From: Euprymna scolopes
Taxonomy: Eukaryota
Strand: one strand, 5' to 3'
Assembly: GCA_053919585.1 (NCBI GenBank)
Contig: CM132806.1
DNA: 64,000 bases
The position numbers and the translations under genes were made by a program. Positions 23,831 to 36,415 of this stretch are shown here, piece by piece (the first letter of the stretch is position 1; every line of letters starts with the position of its first letter). The notes under the pieces were generated by a model. The model was not told the origin of the DNA and ran no database searches. It saw only the letters and a program-made list of their open reading frames with translations.

Positions 23831-26117
23831 GGAAGTAGTCGAAATAAAAACAATGTTAATACAAACTCCTTATGAAAACTTAGAAAGACGTTATGCTTAT
23901 TTAGGGCATTTGGATGATTTGGAAGCACACTAAACCGTAAAACTTTTTTAAGAAACAATTTTTAGCACAGTGTTTCTAGCAATCAATATCTGACTGATGT
24001 AAAATCTTTAAATGTTTATTGTTAAGAAAACATTGCAAACATAGATGTTATTAAATATATTTACGTTATATAATATTTGAGTCTATTTGGGTAAAATAAT
24101 TCCTGAAATTTCTTTTCATGTATAGTTTTCATTATTGTGACACAACACACTGAATGCACAGTTTCAACTAACAAGTCACTGTGGTCATGGTTGATGGTGT
24201 CAGAAGCAAGGTTCTCCAAAGATGGCATTTCCTAATTTAATTATGTGTAATGGCCTACAGCTGTTTGGAGGAGTTCATAGAGAACAGAGGCAACCCAACT
24301 GCCTGTTTTTTTCTTGGGGGGGGGGGGGTAAATGAGGTGATCTATATAATACGAGGGGAAGGTTATGACATTGTGTTTATTACAGTTAAGTTAATGACTA
24401 GCCAACAGCTGGCTGTTATTGCATACTTAGGAGAGAGAGAGAAATGCAAGGGAGAGTGATGTTACTGACAAATCACCTTCAATCCATCAACAAGCAAACA
24501 ACAGTGATAGACTACATTCCAACTTATTTAGCTGATGGAAAATCATATGAGGACACACCTAACCATCCATCAATCCTCATCATCATCATAATAATTTACA
24601 CCTACTATAATGTAAAATGTTTCTATGTTAGTATATTTCTTCAGGTAAAAAAACAACTTGGAAGTTGTTTATTAAATTTAAACCAACTTGTACATTACAT
24701 AATTTAAATAATAGTGTCTAATGAGTTTTCCATAACATGCAGATATGACGAAAAATATATTAAATTGCTACAAGATGCTTTCAATTAAAATTATATTTAT
24801 TTTTTTTCAATTCCTATCATACTTTTTACTAATTATTAGTTTTATTATTACTGCTAGACTAAAATAAATGGCAAGTCCTGTCCTTACTACATGACAAAAG
24901 AAATGGCAATTCAACAAAAGAGAGAGAGACAAAGAAGATGCAGTGTAATATGTGAATTTTGCAGTATAAAAAAAAAGACTTGTTGAAGATGGAACTTTGT
25001 GGCTGTCCACTCATAATCAAATGGAATGACCAATCAAATCAATGGTCATGCCCTTCAACAAAACTGAAAATGAGGTGGAGCTTATAGAAAAATTTGGGCT
25101 GAAATTATGAGTGTGGTATATGATTTATATTGATTTAAGCCATAACATATTTGTTTTTGTGATTAAAAAAAAAGATTTATTCCTGTAACAATTTTTTTAG
25201 TAAACACTTAAGCTCATTAATTATAAACTTTCACACATTCTTAATTATATACCTATGTTACCTATTTAATAAAATTGTTTTAGAGGTTAGGTATATAGTT
25301 TTCATTTCAATAAATATTCTTCAAATTTCAGAATTTTGGAATAAAAAATGCAATAAAACATGAGCGAATCAAACAAAAGATAAACAAAGAGAGAGAGAGA
25401 TAAAAAAATCAATATAAAATATTAAATAAAGAAGGTAAAAATAATAGTTTAAAATGAGGTAAAAACATTTTTATTGTTGTAATAGTTTCGTACATTGCAA
25501 TAAATGAGGGTAAAGAATAGAAAATAAATTGACAATATTGGCTCAATTGTATGACTGTGTTTTAGAGGGAGGGCAACACAGCAATAAAGTTTATTCAAAC
25601 ATAATTGTATTTAAAAAGAGAAAGACAATTTACATAGAAACAAACATGGCTTATTACTTTTCTTAAATCTTAGTAAAAGAATATGCAAAGAGGAAAAGGA
25701 AATTCATACAATATAGGGACAGTGCTATCATCAAAATAATATATTGTTCATTGAAAAAATAATTGGCCAGCGTTTGCGCAAAAAATCATGAAACTTTTGT
25801 TTGCTACCTTTCAGCATTTTATGTAAACTGCCCGGACGATTCCGATGATAGCATGATCGTTACACCACATAAGTACAGAAAACACACAATCCCATTTAAA
25901 GAAAAAAAATCGTTTTATTATTTTTCCTTTCTAGTTCTCTTTAACGCATCAATTTTGTAGAAAATTCAGATTCAGTGAAAAATCTCATCTGAAAGATTGC
26001 AGTTGTGTCGACATAATTTATTCCATATTTATACGAGAATGATAAAATATTTTAAAAACCATTTACATTTGTTCCATTACTGACACACACACCAGTATCT
26101 TCTTCCTGTAATTGCTT

Positions 26118-26118
<1 letters not shown>

Positions 26119-26172
<54 letters not shown>
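26119..26172. repeat. (CT)n microsatellite
   Basis: Directly visible. It produces the spurious ERERER ORF. Confidence 0.95.
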
Positions 26173-26175
<3 letters not shown>

Positions 26176-26721
26176 AAATCCTGTATTCATAGAGATGAAC
26201 GATTAAACGTTTTGTTCTCTTTGAAATATATATTCTTCCAAATATGGTGGGAGATAAAAGTAAAAATAATCTATTAAAAAAACAAAACAGAATCACCTAA
26301 AATTTAAAAGGGAAAGAAGGAATTCTCATAACTAAGAAAGGCAATATACAGCATGTTTCATACACGCATGAATAGTATGTTTCATGTTAGCAATACAAAT
26401 GTAACAAAGAAAAATGAAGTTGCTTCTTTTTCACTTCTTAAAAAACGATAATTTGATTAAAGTTTTTATACATCCCTCTAATCAGCACAGGTATATTTCT
26501 AAAAAAAAACAAAAAACCGCTTATTTTGATTAAGCAACATTTATTGTTTCTATCCAAAGTAATGTCTGCACCATTTGCTAACTACATTTCAGTTGGTGTG
26601 TACTTCACGTGGATCCACCTTAAGATTGCTATAAAGCAAATTGATCAAAATGCAGTTGAAAATTAAATAACAAGAGCAATTGTAGTTAGAATAAAAACAA
26701 GGCAAATAATATTATTCAAGA

Positions 26722-26945
26722 ATGGCCAGTTCGGCATAATATTATAAATGTTCAGTAATGGGTCAGGAAACCAGGTTTCAATCCTCAGGCAAGTCATACC
26801 AAATACTAAAAAAATGGTACTGGATACATTCTTGCTAAGCATTCAACACAAGGCACAGAAGTGTAAATGTAACAAAGAGAAATGTGTGACGCTCTCCCCT
26901 ACATCTTAGTGTAATAGCCAATGAAAAGGGAGGGTTTGGGTCATT
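26722..26945 (+). mobile_element. MetaSINE/MESC-type tRNA-derived SINE, decayed
   Basis: A B-box-like ggtttcaatcc is followed by gtcataccaaatactaaaaaaatggtactggat…ttgctaagcattcaaca, matching the Meta/MESC central domain as I remember it. Then comes gctctcccctacatcttagtgtaatagc…tgaaaagggagg. Confidence 0.7.
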
Positions 26946-29639
26946 GATGAAGTGATAGTAAGAAGTAGTGTTCAAAGCATGCAATTTACAATTGGCAATA
27001 AAAATATAAAATAGTGTTCTGTTATATCAGTTAAGCTAGATTTGGAGAATTACATTGTGAACACTTTTCATTCAAAAGTAGAAATATTGCTAAGTTGCTC
27101 TTTCATATGTGTCTTAACAGGTAAATAATTTCTTCATTTTTATCTTTTAGAAATGCCTAATCATTAAGTCTTCGATTTTTAGAACTCAGTTGTATTAAAA
27201 TATACTTTTTTGTTTCTTTATGCTTTTATTAAGGAAAGATTTAGAAAAAAATTACTTTTCTTTCATATTGATCTTTCTTTTAAAAGTAATACTTGATATA
27301 AAATAAAAATTGCCAAACTGTCTTCATAAGTTTTGTTCATTCCATTCATAAATTTCAATCCTTTCCTAATATTCTTCATCATTCAACTGACAATCTATAC
27401 ATCTCATTGGCCCCTATCATGAAACCTTCCTTATAAGTAATTACATTTTGTTCATTTCATTCATCCTCTCATAATATTCTTCATCATTCGACTGTTTTTC
27501 TCATTAACTCTTATTTTTTAGTGTTTTTTTTTCTGGCCTTGATAAGCAGTAACTCCTTGGGGCAGTAAAACAAGAAAAGGCATTAGAAATTGTTTATAAA
27601 ACGCTATATTAAAAATAAGGTTAACACAATCATTTCAAGTGAAAGTCAAATAAGGTTGCTAATAATAATAATAATAATAATAATAATCTAATAGTCATAC
27701 AACATTGAAGGATTACTAAAAATTTTTCAGACAAAACAGACAGGCAATAACTTAGGCTACATAAACACAACTCCAAAATGAATTAGCTATCTACAAAAAA
27801 AAGGAGGGTTCGGACAGACTTTCACAATAAAACAACAAAAACACAAAATTATCAAGTCAATACAGCATGCATCAGAATAGATACATTATAACAAAAAGTT
27901 ACCACCCCGGAAAGTGGGAACACCCAATTCAATATTTCTTAATGCTTTGTAGCTAATTGAAGAGTCGGTTATTAAAGTGGGTGACATTTATCTTATAAGC
28001 AAAATAATATAGTAATAAGAAAATATTAGAAAACAATGCAAGAAACATATTTTCTAAAAAACAAACTATATAATAGAAAAATTACTGAAGGATTCTAACA
28101 CTATGTACATCTTCTTTAAATGAAAAGGACTTTTGTGCTTATAAGATAAACATTTTCTTTTTTGCATTTTTGATGACAAGCAAAAGTTCATTCCAGTAAC
28201 AGGCTGAAATGATCCTCGTACCTAAAACAGTTTGCACAAGACAACGGCTCAAATCATTCTTGAATATTAAGTATGAAATTAGAAGGATTTATTTCAAACA
28301 CTTACATTTGGTTCCGCTCATGAGATATGATTGGTCTACAAGAACAGAATAAAAAACCTCAGACCTAATGCTTTAATAAATCATCATTCTACAAACAAGA
28401 TATGGTCATGAGAAGAAACGTAAAAACTTAGTGATTGACTGTTACAAAACAAAGCATCATACACTTTGCTCATTAATACTTTTTAAAATGTATCCTTATT
28501 TATGAAAAGAAAATGCACCAACATTTTCCACAAAGTTTTTTTTATCCAAACAATAGGGTAGAAGAGTTTGAAAATTGCAAACAATAGAAAGCAGAAAGGA
28601 AATAAAAAGACAAAAGATAATCATACAGATATTTGGGAATTTTATTATTACGGATTTTTTTTTTAAACAAATCAAGCACATTTCTAATGGCGTTTTTGAA
28701 TAAGCACTCATCCACTATTAAAAGCATGACAAATTGCAATCAGAACAAATGGGGTGAAAGGACAAATTATACAAATGCTATTAAGTAGCCGGAATACAAA
28801 AAAGATTACAAAATAAATAAAATACGACTTTCATACAGTTTCTACAAGTAGGTGTATCACTTTTTGAGTCAATATTTTTCAAAGAAATTATATCAAATAA
28901 GTTTCAATATAAACACAGACAAAACTTATTCAACATCCACAAAGAAACAAAAAAAGAATAAAGAGAAATAGTAGAAAAAATATACGATGATCTTCACTTT
29001 TCAATAATAATAAAAAAAATCAACATAAAAATTCATATTATTATAGCCAAAAAAAATTATATTGTTATTAGAATTTTCTTTCTCAGTTTTGTTTCACATT
29101 AGAAAGTAAGCATATGTGCAAAACTAAATAAAATTTCTAGTGGGTGGTTTGGCAAATTGGATTCATCTATAAACATCAGAGTCAAGAAAACAAATCATGC
29201 ATTCTTTTCTTTATAGAGAAATGTTATCTACAATCAGCTTACAATGAATTAGAGAAGTGTTGAATTAAACAATGGAATTATCCAGTATTTATTCAAAACT
29301 ATCAAGGTAAAGAATAATTGTGTACTGTGAATTAATCATAGTGAAACAACCAATAAACATTCAAATAAAAAAGTGTTATGAAATTTCTATAAATGAGAGA
29401 GAGAGAATGTGTTTGTGTGTGTGTGTGTGTGTGAGAGGGAGAGAGATAAAGAGAAAAAGGAGAGTATGTACATCCAAAAAATTGGTGAACATATATGACG
29501 CCCCCACCATCCCAATAATTTTTTTTTACTGACGTTTTTTTTTTTTAATTATTTTAATTCTTTGAACAGTTTTCAGATTATAACAAATAACAATCAAAAA
29601 ACTGTTCAATTTTTAGCAGACGGATTCAGTATTCTATGT

Positions 29640-30464
29640 AAGTTTAGCTGACATGCTGATTAATATCCCATAGAATCAGTAAATTCATTTCTTGAGTGAT
29701 AAAAAAGTCTTTGATATGGTTTTGCATTTCTTAGGTGATAAAAATAGTCTTTGATATGGTTTTGCATAAATGTTTGCTTCACAAACTTGTTAGCTAGGGA
29801 ATATCTGGAAATGTCCTCACAGACATCAAATCTTTTCTTTATGATGAGTCTCTCAAAGTGGTTTGTTGACAGGCAGAGTCCATAGCTTCATAATATCAAT
29901 GTCAACATACCTCAAGGATCCATTACAGACCCTATCCTCTTTCTGATCTTCATAAATGATCTTCTAGTTATATCCTCAGATCAGTCGACATCTATGCAGA
30001 TAACCAACTATCTTCGGTAACACCTGGAAGAGCACCATGACCAAAATCTTTCTAACTCTCTATCTCGCTCCTAATTTGGACAACGTGATGCAATGAGAGG
30101 AAAAAAAGTTTCTTAGTTTTAATGATTCCCAAACCAACTGTGTCACTTTTTACTATCAAATGCTCAGATCTTCATTTCTCCCCAGTTGAAATGCATAGGT
30201 TTCTCCTCAAGTACTGTTTCTTGATAAGTTTCTTAAACTGATTTTTACTCCAGACCTGAAATGGAAGACTAACATCAAATCTGTTGCTAATGTCGCTGGA
30301 AAAATGGTTGGATCAGTCTATAACTCCTGAAAGTACCTCATTTCTGATGCAATCCTCTATATATATATATTATATAAGAGCCATATCCATTCTATATATA
30401 TATTATATAAGAGCCATATCCATTCTAAGATGTAGAACAGAAGTACTACATCAGAAGTACTATA

Positions 30465-30499
<35 letters not shown>

Positions 30500-31113
30500 A
30501 ATGGATATGGTTATATCTATATATATATATATATATGGAATGGATATGGTTATATCCGAGGATGGTTCCACTTACAGCACTCTGTCCTGCCTTGACAGGT
30601 TACAAAATAAACTTCACAGTCTAATGGCAGATTATCTATTCGGTTCCTTGCTGTCATTTTCCCACAAGAAACGGTATTAGCCTCTCTTTCCTACATCGAC
30701 ATGTTCATTGTAGTACTTAACTGAGCTTCAACCTCCCTTCTCCATTCCGCCGGTAAAAAATTTACAGCAAGAACCTGCCTAGCTACAAACAAAGACTTCC
30801 CTTTCTCTCTCTGTATCAAAGACCAAAATAGAACTTTGTAAACAAAGTTTCCTCCCTAGAACATCCTATCTGTGGAACAAAAAACATAATTGATAACCAA
30901 CCAGCTATAAAAATGGTCGTCTTCAAGTTTACTGTAAATAAATCTTTGTTGAGTTGTCTTTTTGGATAATCAATTTCTCTAAAGTCATCTTCCGTCTCTT
31001 CCACTGTTGTTTCCAATCCTGATGTGGTGGCACTCCTAAGTCACCTGGTTTCTTCAAGGATTATCCTTGAGTAACCCCGGGTCTTGATAACTAGTAACCC
31101 ATTAGTAAAAAAG
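29640..31113 (+). mobile_element. 5'-truncated, decayed CR1/L2/Jockey-group LINE (reverse transcriptase and 3' tail)
   Basis: Translated fragments KVFDMVLHKCLLHKL..GISG, PQGSITDPILFLIFINDL, IYADN (YADD), FTPDLKWKTNIKSVA..AGKMVG and SFLPRTSYLWN. Confidence 0.85.
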
Positions 31114-31916
31114 CAGAAATGGTCAACTAACTTTACTTTTCAACTTGAAGTGCCGAGGGTGGTGGGCTTTTAATTTAAAGTACATAGAAGACTGAATCCT
31201 ACTTCAAAAATGGAAAAATCTGTTTGAAACAAAAAAGAAAAAACGATGTGTTTAATAATCTGAATGTTTGATGCTGCATGGTAAAATAGCCTGGGGACTT
31301 ATAATAAAAAGAATAGTGTGTATCCAATTGATAAGTCATTTTTCACTTAAGTGTCAGAACTGTGCAAGTCCTGAATGATTATACGAGCACAAGTGAAATA
31401 TATCTTCTATCAAGTGTGAAAGAGATAAAGGAATTCCTATCGCATTTATTTAAACTTGTATCTTTCCTTGGTAGAAAAAAATATTAGAAAGAGTACAAGA
31501 AGTGAAAAGTAGTCAGTATATAAAGAGGATGACACAGAATAATACGTTTGCATGTCCACTTACCTTCGTATGCACCTAAGTGATCATCTATTTGACCAGC
31601 ACATGCTTTCCTCCACAGAGGCTTGTAGGAATGATATGTCTGTATGTCTAATGGGAGAAAATGCAGTTGTATAGGGAAAGGAAGTAAAAGGCGGACATTA
31701 TGTGGAACAATTTATATAACCACAAAGTATAAAAAGACAGACCTAAATTCAATGCACTACAAAGAACATATATATATATATTAATAAGTATATGCGGTAA
31801 AAAAAAAAACAGGCATAAAAAGTGCTCAATACTTTAGTTCAGACAAATGTTTTTAATTATAACCTCAAGTGTAATTAATTCATTACAAATTGTTTCATAG
31901 AGGATGAAAATTATCT

Positions 31917-34322
31917 GTATATATACATATATACATACGTACATACAGATATACACAGGTACATACTAATACATACATAGACATGCACGTACATACTAAT
32001 ACATATATACGCACACATCCATACTAATACGTATATATATGCAATCATCCATACTAATACGTATATATACACACACAGATACTAATAAATATATATACAT
32101 ACACACATACTAATAAATATATATATACATACACACAGATACTAATAAATATACATACATACACACAGATACTAATAAATATACATACATACACAAAGAT
32201 ACTAATAAATATACATACATACACACAGATACTAATAAATATACATACACACATATACTAATAAATATACATACACACATATACTAATAAATATACATAC
32301 ACACATATACTAATACATATATATACACACACACATACTAATAAATATACATACACACATATACTAATACATATATATACACACACACACTAATAAATAT
32401 ACATACACACATATACTAATACATANNNNNNNNNNNNNNNNNNNNNNNNNNNNNNNNNNNNNNNNNNNNNNNNNNNNNNNNNNNNNNNNNNNNNNNNNNN
32501 NNNNNNNNNNNNNNNNNNNNNNNNNNNNNNNNNNNNNNNNNNNNNNNNNNNNNNNNNNNNNNNNNNNNNNNNNNNNNNNNNNNNNNNNNNNNNNNNNNNN
32601 NNNNNNNNNNNNNNNNNNNNNNNNNNNNNNNNNNNNNNNNNNNNNNNNNNNNNNNNNNNNNNNNNNNNNNNNNNNNNNNNNNNNNNNNNNNNNNNNNNNN
32701 NNNNNNNNNNNNNNNNNNNNNNNNNNNNNNNNNNNNNNNNNNNNNNNNNNNNNNNNNNNNNNNNNNNNNNNNNNNNNNNNNNNNNNNNNNNNNNNNNNNN
32801 NNNNNNNNNNNNNNNNNNNNNNNNNNNNNNNNNNNNNNNNNNNNNNNNNNNNNNNNNNNNNNNNNNNNNNNNNNNNNNNNNNNNNNNNNNNNNNNNNNNN
32901 NNNNNNNNNNNNNNNNNNNNNNNNNNNNNNNNNNNNNNNNNNNNNNNNNNNNNNNNNNNNNNNNNNNNNNNNNNNNNNNNNNNNNNNNNNNNNNNNNNNN
33001 NNNNNNNNNNNNNNNNNNNNNNNNNNNNNNNNNNNNNNNNNNNNNNNNNNNNNNNNNNNNNNNNNNNNNNNNNNNNNNNNNNNNNNNNNNNNNNNNNNNN
33101 NNNNNNNNNNNNNNNNNNNNNNNNNNNNNNNNNNNNNNNNNNNNNNNNNNNNNNNNNNNNNNNNNNNNNNNNNNNNNNNNNNNNNNNNNNNNNNNNNNNN
33201 NNNNNNNNNNNNNNNNNNNNNNNCGCACATACATACAAATACATANNNNNNNNNNNNNNNNNNNNNNNNNNNNNNNNNNNNNNNNNNNNNNNNNNNNNNN
33301 NNNNNNNNNNNNNNNNNNNNNNNNNNNNNNNNNNNNNNNNNNNNNNNNNNNNNNNNNNNNNNNNNNNNNNNNNNNNNNNNNNNNNNNNNNNNNNNNNNNN
33401 NNNNNNNNNNNNNNNNNNNNNNNNNNNNNNNNNNNNNNNNNNNNNNNNNNNNNNNNNNNNNNNNNNNNNNNNNNNNNNNNNNNNNNNNNNNNNNNNNNNN
33501 NNNNNNNNNNNNNNNNNNNNNNNNNNNNNNNNNNNNNNNNNNNNNNNNNNNNNNNNNNNNNNNNNNNNNNNNNNNNNNNNNNNNNNNNNNNNNNNNNNNN
33601 NNNNNNNNNNNNNNNNNNNNNNNNNNNNNNNNNNNNNNNNNNNNNNNNNNNNNNNNNNNNNNNNNNNNNNNNNNNNNNNNNNNNNNNNNNNNNNNNNNNN
33701 NNNNNNNNNNNNNNNNNNNNNNNNNNNNNNNNNNNNNNNNNNNNNNNNNNNNNNNNNNNNNNNNNNNNACACACTAATACATATATATGTACATATATAT
33801 ATACACACATGTACATACATACATAGAAGCATGCATATTATACATACCTAAATACCTACATATATGCATACATATACATACATATACACATACATATTAT
33901 ATATACTACGTACATATNNNNNNNNNNNNNNNNNNNNNNNNNNNNNNNNNNNNNNNNNNNNNNNNNNNNNNNNNNNNNNNNNNNNNNNNNNNNNNNNNNN
34001 NNNNNNNNNNNNNNNNNNNNNNNNNNNNNNNNNNNNNNNNNNNNNNNNNNNNNNNNNNNNNNNNNNNNNNNNNNNNNNNNNNNNNNNNNNNNNNNNNNNN
34101 NNNNNNNNNNNNNNNNNNNNNNNNNNNNNNNNNACACATGCATACATATATATATGTACGTACAAATACATATATATATGTACGTACATATATGCATACA
34201 TATATATATATGTACGTAAATATATTCATACATATATATATGTACGTACATATATGCATGCATATATATATGTACATACATGTACGTAGATACATATACA
34301 CAAACACATTATGTATATGTAC
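31917..34322. repeat. Compound (CA/TA/CATA)-rich degenerate satellite with ~26-30-bp higher-order units, interrupted by assembly gaps
   Basis: Repeated atactaataaatatacatacacac-type units. N runs at 32426-33223, 33246-33768 and 33918-34133. Confidence 0.9.
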
Positions 34323-34587
34323 NNNNNNNNNNNNNNNNNNNNNNNNNNNNNNNNNNNNNNNNNNNNNNNNNNNNNNNNNNNNNNNNNNNNNNNNNNNNNN
34401 NNNNNNNNNNNNNNNNNNNNNNNNNNNNNNNNNNNNNNNNNNNNNNNNNNNNNNNNNNNNNNNNNNNNNNNNNNNNNNNNNNNNNNNNNNNNNNNNNNNN
34501 NNNNNNNNNNNNNNNNNNNNNNNNNNNNNNNNNNNNNNNNNNNNNNNNNNNNNNNNNNNNNNNNNNNNNNNNNNNNNNNNNNNNNNN
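34323..34587. other. Assembly gap
   Basis: N run. Confidence 1.
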
Positions 34588-34694
34588 AATTAATAAAAAT
34601 TATTACAGAAGTTTAAATTTAGAATTGGATGAGACATGTGATAATAGTGATTAGATACATAATGCAATTATTAACATAAAAACATCACAAGTAG

Positions 34695-34696
<2 letters not shown>

Positions 34697-34761
<65 letters not shown>
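34697..34761. repeat. (TA)n microsatellite, representative of others at about 873, 40735, 43535, 44312, 44476, 48494, 51317, 59911 and 62817
   Basis: Directly visible. Confidence 0.95.
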
Positions 34762-34763
<2 letters not shown>

Positions 34764-35669
34764 CATTTTTTTAATAATTCACTACCAAAATTTATGTAAT
34801 AAATGTCACAAAGAATTACAGACTTCTGGGAATGTTGCGATAGAAACAATTAGAGATATCCATAATTTTAATGCAGTATTTAATGAAAAGAAGGTGATAA
34901 TTAGATTAAGAAAATCAAAAATAAAAAGTAACTGAAGGTTTTGTATTCTTTTTCAAAATGAACTTCTTAAATTATCTTTTATTTTACATTGCTTCAACTG
35001 TCAACTTCTGAATTTGTGCAGTGGAAGCATGCAGATCTGTTGAGCAGTTTTTAAATGAAAGGTTACTAAATATTCACAAAATCATATCGTTATATAAAAT
35101 GACAGTCAAATCTAACAACGTTGTTTTCTAGTGACCTGAGGTTTCTATGTTCAATGGTTGTGTTGGTCAATAAACATATTCAACAATTACAATTTCTTTT
35201 GTTGTCTATAAAATATGATCCAAATCTTTATTACTAGAAAAAACAAAAAAGAAGCATAGTATAAAATTGTGTAAAACATTATTGAATACAACAATTTAGG
35301 ATGTTCTGGTCATTCCTAAAAAGTTCACCTTCCCAGGCTTCATCTCTTCTTTGAGAAGAGATTAGTTTATTGCTAATCGCCTGAGGTACACCTACTGAAA
35401 AATGCCAACTTGATCCACCCAGCCATTTTTTTTTGGGGGGGGGGGCAGAGTGCACTTATATAATACACTGACTCCTCAAAACCACACCTGACCTTGTGTC
35501 TAACTTCCTGGCAAGGAGATTAACACATACAGTGAATATATCAGTAAACTGTTGAATAGTGATTTATCTGTAGAAGAAAACTACAACTTTCTTAATAAAA
35601 TAATTAATATTACAGATTGTTAAGATATTTTTGTTATAAAAGAATTATTATTCAAAGTTCTGGATAGAC

Positions 35670-36162
35670 TGGACAGATTGATTCAAAGGTTTGGAAATCC
35701 TTGCATGATTGTGTAGCATATATCGTGAACAGACCAGTTTGAACCGTGGAAGTTACCTACTGTGGTTGTTAGCATCGTAGTAATTGATGGAAAAGATGCA
35801 CGGAAGAATGTGAAAGAGTCTAAAATTTGAGAAATTATGCTTTACGAGTTTGAATTAGACCGTAATTCTTTTGGAAAATTCAACCAAATTTCTTGTGTGA
35901 AAGATTAATGCGCAGTTGATCAGTGTACAGTGACCAGATGATTCAAAAGATTTTGCTAGTGTTGAAAGAACTTCAATGATGAAGCATGCTCATGTAAACT
36001 TAATGCTGTCTGAGGGTGTATTCCATGCCATAGAAGTAAACCACGCAATTGGAGAGCATCAGCTGAGTTTAGCATCTCACAGTCTAGCATGGTTCGTTAG
36101 TTTTATGACGTCAGCAAAAGCAAATAAGTTACCCATTGCAACACTTTTCATTCACCCTTGTA
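35670..36162 (+). mobile_element. Old, internally deleted mariner/Tc1 relic (N-terminal HTH region only)
   Basis: The translation from ~35825, I*EIMLYEFELDRN…AVDQCTVTR*FKRF…KNFNDEACS, resembles the mariner motif IR..MLYEF.LG…TV.RWF.RF..G..L.D..RSGRP. TIR-like end ttgcaacacttttcattcacccttg|ta at 36136-36162. The left boundary is approximate. Confidence 0.6.
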
Positions 36163-36415
36163 TTAAGATTACTATTGGACCAATAAAAATAGATACTAAA
36201 AATACCAATGAATTAACTGAATGTTGCTGCATCAAATAAGCAATGCAAGTAGATTTTAATAATAGCAATATTAAAAACAATGTATATATCTAATTTTTAT
36301 TTGTAACTTTCGTCATCAAATCAGATACTTAAAGAAATGGCTATTTTTCAATACACTTAACATTTTCAGGAACGATATCTAACGGAGAACATGTAGACTT
36401 TTTTTCAATTTATAA

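Noticed and set aside
32054-34654. Long ORFs of up to 480 aa
   Set aside because: Artefacts of N gaps and (CA/TA) repeats.
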